DNA of 64,000 nt from Candidatus Nomurabacteria bacterium RIFCSPLOWO2_01_FULL_39_18 (GTDB lineage: Bacteria > Patescibacteriota > Minisyncoccia > Phycocordibacterales > UBA9973): positions 911 to 64,910 of the forward strand of contig MFUV01000004.1 of the NCBI GenBank assembly GCA_001787005.1, written 5' to 3'. The notes under the pieces are model-generated. The model worked only from the letters and a program-made list of their open reading frames with translations, was not told the origin of the DNA and did not search any database. The translations under genes were made by a program, and so were the position numbers. Of this stretch, positions 58,431 through 64,000 are shown one piece after another. Numbering within the stretch: the first letter of the stretch is position 1; the number at the start of each line of letters is the position of its first letter.

Positions 58431-60317
58431 TTACCTCACTTGCCAAGCTTCATTTCCCTTAATTTTATTAGATATTTTGGCCATAATTTCGTTTATTTCT
58501 GTGTCTGTTAGAGTGCGATTATAAGACTGAAAAACCAGACGAAAGGCGTAAGAAATTTGACTGTCTTTTTTGAACTCGTCGAATAAATCAGGGCCCTTAA
58601 TTAGGAGTTCTCCCGCGTTTTCTTTTATAATTTTTTGAACTTTTGAACTTTCAACTGAAGCGGGCACCCATACAGCAATGTCTCGCGCGATGAATGGGTA
58701 CAATGACCACATTTGAAATTTTTCTGAATAAGAATTTTCTTTAGAAGAGACTTGGGAGCGCGTCGGCGCGAGCACGAGGAATTTTTCAGCAGAAAAATAT
58801 CCGTGCTCTTCTGAAGAAGAATTCTTAGAAAGAAAATCATCTAAACTTGTTTCTATTATTTTTTCTTTTTCATTGTACACAACATGCATTTCTTCTCCAT
58901 TTTTTTTAAACACAGTTCCTATTTCGAAAATTTTAATTTCATTGAAGTCAAGCAATAAAGCATTCAGTTTATTTAATTTTAAACTTTCCTTAAGTCCATC
59001 AGTCAAATTCGTCCTTAAAAATTTCTTGTCTGAAGCACTTTGCATCACCTCCACTTCCCCCTTGTCTTGGAAGACGTATGTCATCACTTCAGAGTAACCC
59101 TCATCTAATAATTTATTTCTGGCGAAAGCTATTTTGGCGTAAGTTTCGTTAACTTTCGGCTTAAAATCTATCTTGGGCATTATCGGCTTTACTCTGTCAT
59201 ACCCTAAAATTCTACCTATCTCTTCCGCCATATCCTCTTCCATAACTAGATCAAGCCGCATCGCTGGCACAGTAATTGTGAACTTGGAGGTCTTGCCTCC
59301 AAGTGGAGGCAAGACCTCCAAGTTGTACTCAATATTGTATCTCTTAAAAATATCTTCTATCTCTTTTGCGGAAACGACTAAGCCTAAAATTTTAGAAATT
59401 TTCTCCGTTGAAAAAGAAAGTTCTCTCTCTTCTTGTTTTTTTGGATAAATATCCACAACATCCTCAAAAATAGCTTCGGGGCACATTTCCGCGATTAGCG
59501 CAGAAAGTTCGCGCATACCGTATTCTGCCATTGTCGGTGACAAATCGTTCTCAAATCTCTTGCGCGCGTCAGTAAAAATGTTTAGGGCTTGGGCGGTTTT
59601 GCGCACGCTAGTCGGATCGAAATTAGCACATTCTAGAATTATATCCGTTGTATCTTTATTCAATTCCGCATATTGCCCCCCTTTTATCCCCGCAATATCC
59701 AGAGAATTTCCAAAATCGTCAGCAATTACCATCATGGTTTCATTCATTATTTTTTCCCCTCCGCCAAGCAGAGTTATCTTTTCCCCTGCTTTAGCATTTC
59801 GTACTTTTAGTTTTAAATCTTTAACTTTTTTCAAATCAAAAACATGCGCTGGTTGGCCGCAATTAAACATTGTGAGGTTTGTGGCATCCACGATATTGTT
59901 TATGCTTCTCTGCCCGATTGATTCTAAATGCTTCACTACCCATTCTGGCGATGGGCCAATTTTAATATTCCTGACGACTCTGCCCATGTATCGGCGGCAG
60001 TTTGGACTTTCAATTGTTTTTACTAACTTCGTCGGCTTGGATTCTGGAATTTTGTATTTAGGCGTTGGGTCAATATATGAAATATTTAAAAGTGAGGCAA
60101 GCTCGCGGGCTATACCTTGATGGGAAAGCAGGTCATGCGCGCGGTTTGGTAAAATTTTTATATCAAAAATAAAATCACCACCCCCAGCCCCCTCCTCCAC
60201 AAGGAGGGGAGTTACACTTTCTACCTCCGCAACATGGTAAGTTATAATATCCGCCAGTTTTTCTGCAGAAGGAACATCGGGTATATACCATTTAAGCCAA
60301 TTGTAGGAAATTAGCAT
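58431..60317 (-). CDS. pheT: Phenylalanine--tRNA ligase beta subunit (shortened)
   Basis: MLISYNWL, PNRAHDLLSHQGIARE, RLDL...EEIGR, C-terminal FDX-ACB RTLTD. Confidence 0.93.
   Translation of the reverse strand: MLISYNWLKWYIPDVPSAEKLADIITYHVAEVESVTPLLVEEGAGGGDFIFDIKILPNRAHDLLSHQGIARELASLLNISYIDPTPKYKIPESKPTKLVKTIESPNCRRYMGRVVRNIKIGPSPEWVVKHLESIGQRSINNIVDATNLTMFNCGQPAHVFDLKKVKDLKLKVRNAKAGEKITLLGGGEKIMNETMMVIADDFGNSLDIAGIKGGQYAELNKDTTDIILECANFDPTSVRKTAQALNIFTDARKRFENDLSPTMAEYGMRELSALIAEMCPEAIFEDVVDIYPKKQEERELSFSTEKISKILGLVVSAKEIEDIFKRYNIEYNLEVLPPLGGKTSKFTITVPAMRLDLVMEEDMAEEIGRILGYDRVKPIMPKIDFKPKVNETYAKIAFARNKLLDEGYSEVMTYVFQDKGEVEVMQSASDKKFLRTNLTDGLKESLKLNKLNALLLDFNEIKIFEIGTVFKKNGEEMHVVYNEKEKIIETSLDDFLSKNSSSEEHGYFSAEKFLVLAPTRSQVSSKENSYSEKFQMWSLYPFIARDIAVWVPASVESSKVQKIIKENAGELLIKGPDLFDEFKKDSQISYAFRLVFQSYNRTLTDTEINEIMAKISNKIKGNEAWQVR
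58729..58827. repeat. Hairpin element in frame in pheT (family of 15959-16070)
   Basis: Core GAGACTT...CACGAGGAATTTTTCAGCAGAAAAATATCCGTGCTCT. Confidence 0.85.
59281..59324. repeat. Inverted REP doublet in frame in pheT
   Basis: AACTTGGAGGTCTTGCCTCC-AAGT-GGAGGCAAGACCTCCAAGTT. Confidence 0.85.
60176..60212. repeat. REP-like hairpin in frame near the pheT N-terminus
   Basis: CCCCAGCCCCCTCCTCCACAAGGAGGGGAG; encodes TPLLVEEGAGGG. Confidence 0.65.
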
Positions 60318-60360
60318 AGTTTATAAAGTTTTTAAAGTTGTAAAGTTCATAAAGTTAAAT

Positions 60361-61080
60361 TCAATTGAATTGATTGAGGCGCAAGTCACCTTGATAAAAT
60401 AATCGCACATCAGGAATACCCCATTTAACCATTGCTATACGATCAAAACCAAGACCGAAAGCAAATCCCTGAACTTTTTTTGGATCCAAGCCACAACTAC
60501 GTAAAACACCTGGATGAATTACACCAGAACCACCCATTTCAAGCCATTTCCCCTGAAACTTTGCGAAAACTTCTATTGATGGCTCGGTAAAAGGAAAAAA
60601 ACTCGGACGGAATTCAATATCTGTATTTTCGCCAAGCATTTTTTGAAAAAATTTAGTAAGTACGCCCTTCAAATTTGCCAAAGAAATTCCATCTTCAATA
60701 CTACCTATCATACATCCATCAATATGAAAAAACTGCATCTCATGAGTAGCGTCAGTAGCCTCATTTCTAAAAATCTTCCCCAGAGAAATGAAGGCAGAAG
60801 GAATTCGTCCCTCTCTCCCAGCTTTTTCAATTTCACGAGCAGATACACTTGTACAGTGTGTACGCAACACAGATCCAGGTTTACCCTTAATCCAAAAAGT
60901 GTCTTGCATGTCTCGCGCTGGGTGATCCTTGGCAACATTCAAAACATCAAAATTGTACCACTCGCTTTCGAGCTCTGGTCCAAGCGCAATTTCAAAACCC
61001 ATATCAGCGAAAGCCTGATAAGCTTCTTGCGCCAAAAGTGAAAGCGGATGTATTTTCCCCTGTTTATTTTCCTTACTCAT
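60361..61080 (-). CDS. pheS: Phenylalanine--tRNA ligase alpha subunit (no N-terminal coiled coil)
   Basis: HPARDMQDTF, LRTH, FRPSFFPFTEPS, GFAFGLG. Confidence 0.95.
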   Translation of the reverse strand: MSKENKQGKIHPLSLLAQEAYQAFADMGFEIALGPELESEWYNFDVLNVAKDHPARDMQDTFWIKGKPGSVLRTHCTSVSAREIEKAGREGRIPSAFISLGKIFRNEATDATHEMQFFHIDGCMIGSIEDGISLANLKGVLTKFFQKMLGENTDIEFRPSFFPFTEPSIEVFAKFQGKWLEMGGSGVIHPGVLRSCGLDPKKVQGFAFGLGFDRIAMVKWGIPDVRLFYQGDLRLNQFN

Positions 61081-61083
61081 TTA

Positions 61084-61305
61084 TCAATGATGCCTTACAT
61101 CTACATGAAAACCTTTTTCTGGATTATGTTCCATTACAAATTTTCTACCTTCACCGTCGGCAAAATGAACCTTCTCTCCCCGTTCTGCCCTTTCTTGAAG
61201 TTGTCTAAGTCCATCCTTGGTTAATCCATGTTCCAGCCAATGTTGGACCCCAGCGGCTCCACTATGAATATCAATTTTTTGATCATGAATGTGATGTGTA
61301 TCCAT
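61084..61305 (-). CDS. Small His-rich hypothetical protein
   Basis: 73-aa ORF tightly packed between trhO and pheS. Confidence 0.55.
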   Translation of the reverse strand: MDTHHIHDQKIDIHSGAAGVQHWLEHGLTKDGLRQLQERAERGEKVHFADGEGRKFVMEHNPEKGFHVDVRHH

Positions 61306-61335
61306 ATAACTAAATAATTAAATAATAATACTAAA

Positions 61336-62316
61336 TTATACCAAATCCATCTTGACTGGGCTAATCTTTCCGCCCCCGCCCTGGAAACTACTTGGGGCGG
61401 GTTGGCGGACAGGTCTTCCGTGACGGCTAATAATACACCCAGCCGGACAGAACACGCTTCCATTATTCTTCTCAACACAAACACTACAAGCGATAAAGTG
61501 CCTGTGGCAAATTGGGTTGGCACAGTTTACAAAGTTTTCTGATGGTTCTTTGCAATTATCACACTTACCCACTATTTTATGATTCGGATCATCGGTGTAG
61601 AAACCCATGATAACACGTTTATCAAAAACATAAAGCTTTCCTTTGAAATTTTCATTTGGATATTTTTCCATGTAGCTCACAATTCCCCCATCAAGTTGAT
61701 ATACATCCGTGAACCTCTGTGTTATCAAAAACCCAGAAGCTTTTTCACAGCGCACACCTCCGGTGCACACCGTGAGTACCGTTTTATTTTTTAGGTGTTT
61801 AATCTGCCCCACCACTTTCGGCAGATCGCGAAAATTCTCAATGGGTGGGAGAATAGAATTTTCAAAGTGCCCGACTTTATGTTCGTAAACATTGCGCATG
61901 TCGATAATGTAGAATTCGCGCCCATTTTTTATCCACTCGTGCAATTCTTTAGGAGGCAAATGTACACCTGTAACTTGATTCGGGTCTATGTCGCAAGTTC
62001 CCAAATGAAGTGAAACAATCTCCCTCCGCACTTTTATAGACAATTTTGGGAAAGCATTCCCGATGCCAATACTATATTTAAAATGTATTCCGTGAAATCT
62101 CTCATCTTTCTCCAGCTCCTTTACATATTCTTTTATATTCTCCGAAGTCCCCTCAAAAGTCGCGTTGATACCCTCGCTCGCTACAATACACCTACCTTTG
62201 AGCCCTAATTTTGTACAAAGCTTTACTTGCCGCTGCCGAACATGCTCGGGATCCACCATGTGGACATATTTGTAAAAAAGAATAATTTGCCAATCTTTAC
62301 TTGCCATATTTCTCAT
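61336..62316 (-). CDS. trhO: Rhodanese-domain tRNA uridine(34) hydroxylase (UPF0176/TrhO family)
   Basis: LFYKY, EGINAT, RNVYE..GHF, CTGGVRCEKAS, GKLYVFDKR. Confidence 0.88.
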   Translation of the reverse strand: MRNMASKDWQIILFYKYVHMVDPEHVRQRQVKLCTKLGLKGRCIVASEGINATFEGTSENIKEYVKELEKDERFHGIHFKYSIGIGNAFPKLSIKVRREIVSLHLGTCDIDPNQVTGVHLPPKELHEWIKNGREFYIIDMRNVYEHKVGHFENSILPPIENFRDLPKVVGQIKHLKNKTVLTVCTGGVRCEKASGFLITQRFTDVYQLDGGIVSYMEKYPNENFKGKLYVFDKRVIMGFYTDDPNHKIVGKCDNCKEPSENFVNCANPICHRHFIACSVCVEKNNGSVFCPAGCIISRHGRPVRQPAPSSFQGGGGKISPVKMDLV

Positions 62317-62353
62317 CTTCTTATCATATTAACTGCAAAAAGACAAAATGACA

Positions 62354-62423
62354 ACCAGGTAGTAGAGCTTGGCAATGCGCAAAGCGCGTTCTTTTAGAAC
62401 TTTGCCAAGTCTCACTACCGGGT
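62354..62423. repeat. Dispersed ~70-bp hairpin element, copy 2
   Basis: GGTAGTAGAGCTTGGC...GCCAAGTCTCACTACCGGGT. Confidence 0.8.
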
Positions 62424-62492
62424 GCTACAATAGAAATGTGACCCATTCGAGACACTCAGGCTCGAATGAGGTCATAGTGATTGCAAAGAACC

Positions 62493-62591
62493 ATGAGAAA
62501 AACTTACTATATCTTGATTGCTCTATTCCTGTCTTTCATCATCATCGGTCTTTATATCGGCTGGCTTGATAATGGACCAGGGTTCTTTTAG
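62493..62591 (+). CDS. Putative 32-aa single-pass membrane microprotein
   Basis: MRKTYYILIALFLSFIIIGLYIGWLDNGPGFF; TGCTACAAT -10 box upstream. Confidence 0.45.
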   Translation: MRKTYYILIALFLSFIIIGLYIGWLDNGPGFF

Positions 62592-62623
62592 TGATCTTGC
62601 ATGGATTCTCGATAAAGTTAATA

Positions 62624-62659
62624 TTGTTAGAAATTCTGCGATAGCAGAAAATCTAACAA
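62624..62659. repeat. 36-bp palindrome type C, downstream of PaaX/Cas2-like gene C
   Basis: TTGTTAGAAATTCTGCGATAGCAGAAAATCTAACAA. Confidence 0.85.
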
Positions 62660-62671
62660 GTAAAAAAATCA

Positions 62672-63154
62672 TTATTTTTTGAAATTATAACCCCTCGCAA
62701 GTTTAAAGGTTTTTAAATCTTCTCTCAAGCCGATACTTTTAATGTAATCCAAAAATTCTTTCGGTAGGGGTGAAGGACCCACCCAAACACTTTTCTGTAT
62801 CATGGCATAATTAAATTTCTTGAGATGCCAGCGCAACCATTCCCTTTCCGCTTTCTTTGGTTCTGGAACATCAAACATAACTATCAGGTTCTTTGGCGCA
62901 TCTTTGTCGAATTGAAAATCAAATTGTTGCAGAGAGTCAATTTTTCTTTTAATATAATTTATACCTTTCGGGGTAATGTACAGTCCGTCGCAATCCCCCA
63001 CAAGTTTTTCTTTTATGAGATGCGACATAGTTCCCCGCAATGAGCTCTGCGAATAATTTTTAAATCTTGGTAAACCCAAAAGGTTTACCCGACTTCCTTT
63101 ATAGTTGAGCGACACGCTACTAAGCTCTTTTAGAATGTCGTATATAATACTCAT
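62672..63154 (-). CDS. PaaX-like regulator with Cas2-like C-terminal domain (gene C)
   Basis: YITPKG wing; IVMFDVPEPKKAEREWLR...QKSVWVG; start at ATG 63154. Confidence 0.8.
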   Translation of the reverse strand: MSIIYDILKELSSVSLNYKGSRVNLLGLPRFKNYSQSSLRGTMSHLIKEKLVGDCDGLYITPKGINYIKRKIDSLQQFDFQFDKDAPKNLIVMFDVPEPKKAEREWLRWHLKKFNYAMIQKSVWVGPSPLPKEFLDYIKSIGLREDLKTFKLARGYNFKK

Positions 63155-63171
63155 GCACAAAGTATAGCAAA

Positions 63172-63207
63172 TTGTTAGGAACTCTGCTATCGCAGAGAAT
63201 CTAACAC
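63172..63207. promoter_or_regulatory. 36-bp palindrome type C over the promoter of gene C
   Basis: TTGTTAGGAACTCTGCTATCGCAGAGAATCTAACAC, next to minus-strand TGCTATACT. Confidence 0.85.
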
Positions 63208-63235
63208 TATGAATAAAAGCTGGCTCGATAATGGG

Positions 63236-63682
63236 TCAGGGATTTTTATTTTGAGTCTTGGAAAAAATTATTAAAGTTTTTTCAAAATTGTCTGGAACAT
63301 CTACTATTTCATAAGAAAAACCATCTGGTAGTACAAACTTTCCATCGTTAATGAATTTTTCTACTGTTGCTTTATCAACTTCAGTTGATAGTAGAATTTT
63401 GCCGTTCTCTTTTAATAACTTCTGACAGATCTTAAATGTATCTGGGTTAATTATAAGTTCTTCACTTAAACAAAACATTGTTATTAAATCCGACATTTCT
63501 TCACCTTCTAGTTTAGTAAAATCAACCTCAAGAATAGCGGGAGATTCATTGAAATCTATTTCTTGTATACTTTTAAGAGGGACCCCCTCTTTTTTGAATA
63601 AATCTAGTGCTTGTTGATTTTTGATAGAAACTTTCTCAATACCAAGCCATTTTGCAATACTCGCAAACAGTCGCTTTGCCAT
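63236..63682 (-). CDS. Hypothetical protein
   Basis: 148-aa ORF; start uncertain because it overlaps the upstream gene. Confidence 0.5.
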   Translation of the reverse strand: MAKRLFASIAKWLGIEKVSIKNQQALDLFKKEGVPLKSIQEIDFNESPAILEVDFTKLEGEEMSDLITMFCLSEELIINPDTFKICQKLLKENGKILLSTEVDKATVEKFINDGKFVLPDGFSYEIVDVPDNFEKTLIIFSKTQNKNP

Positions 63683-64000
63683 AGGAATTATAATTGCAAG
63701 GCCTATTAACCCATTCGCCCGTTTTAACTAAGTGGTCATAATCTGCAATGTCTTTCAGTAGTAACTCAATTTCCCCCTTCGTTATTATCCTATCGTAAAA
63801 AATTTCTTTTTTATTCTTTGCCTCCAGAAATTCCAGCCGGCTCTTTCTTACATCCGCTTTAGAAGTATTTTGAAGCAAATATGAATACATCGCCAGCTGT
63901 CGTAAGTATGAGCTCATTCTTCCTTCCTCGTCAAGCTTCTCTATTTCGCCTTTTTTCTTCACACTTCCAGTCTTGAAATCCGTTACGCGTAATTCATTCT
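63636..64000 (-). CDS. C-terminal PD-(D/E)XK nuclease domain (AddA/AddB/RecB-like), 5' part outside the window
   Basis: VTDFKTG, QLAMY, C-terminal C...CxxC. Confidence 0.8.
   Translation of the reverse strand, partial: NELRVTDFKTGSVKKKGEIEKLDEEGRMSSYLRQLAMYSYLLQNTSKADVRKSRLEFLEAKNKKEIFYDRIITKGEIELLLKDIADYDHLVKTGEWVNRPCNYNSYGKATVCEYCKMAWY

Noticed and set aside
1435-60120. Long antisense ORFs (for example 1435-1920, 27510-28037, 50065-50661, 59560-60120)
   Set aside because: Shadow frames opposite well-conserved genes, with no motifs of their own
38674-63207. CRISPR-Cas locus (Cas2-like genes with 36-bp repeats)
   Set aside because: The repeats occur only as pairs around a gene, with no repeat-spacer array and no cas1 or effector genes in the window

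Overview
AT-rich 64-kb chromosomal segment of a small-genome bacterium, standard genetic code (TGA is used as a stop). The gene content and the shortened ProRS, ThrRS, PheRS and SMC proteins point to Patescibacteria/CPR, probably Parcubacteria (inference). The core backbone is rpoB, rpoC, rpoD, dnaG, gyrB, smc, rnc, nusB, rnr, mreBC, tgt, trmD, rpsB-tsf, rpsP, rpmF, four aaRS genes, rnpB, tRNA-Ala and tRNA-Thr. It also carries an arginine/polyamine block (T-box-argG-argH, SpeA-like, SpeB, DHS-like, glnA) and five toxin-antitoxin loci. The best candidate for an undescribed system is three dispersed PaaX/Cas2-like genes. Each is bracketed on both sides by its own gene-specific 36-bp palindrome, the upstream copy lies on the promoter, and one orphan copy sits 10 kb away. 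Also notable: a GIY-YIG gene enclosed in a hairpin and inserted into the 5' end of tRNA-Ala, a RAYT with REPs, several families of small palindromic elements inserted in frame into essential genes or at start codons, and a hinge-less SMC with a Rad50-like CxxC. All calls come from reading sequence and motifs by eye; no database search was run.
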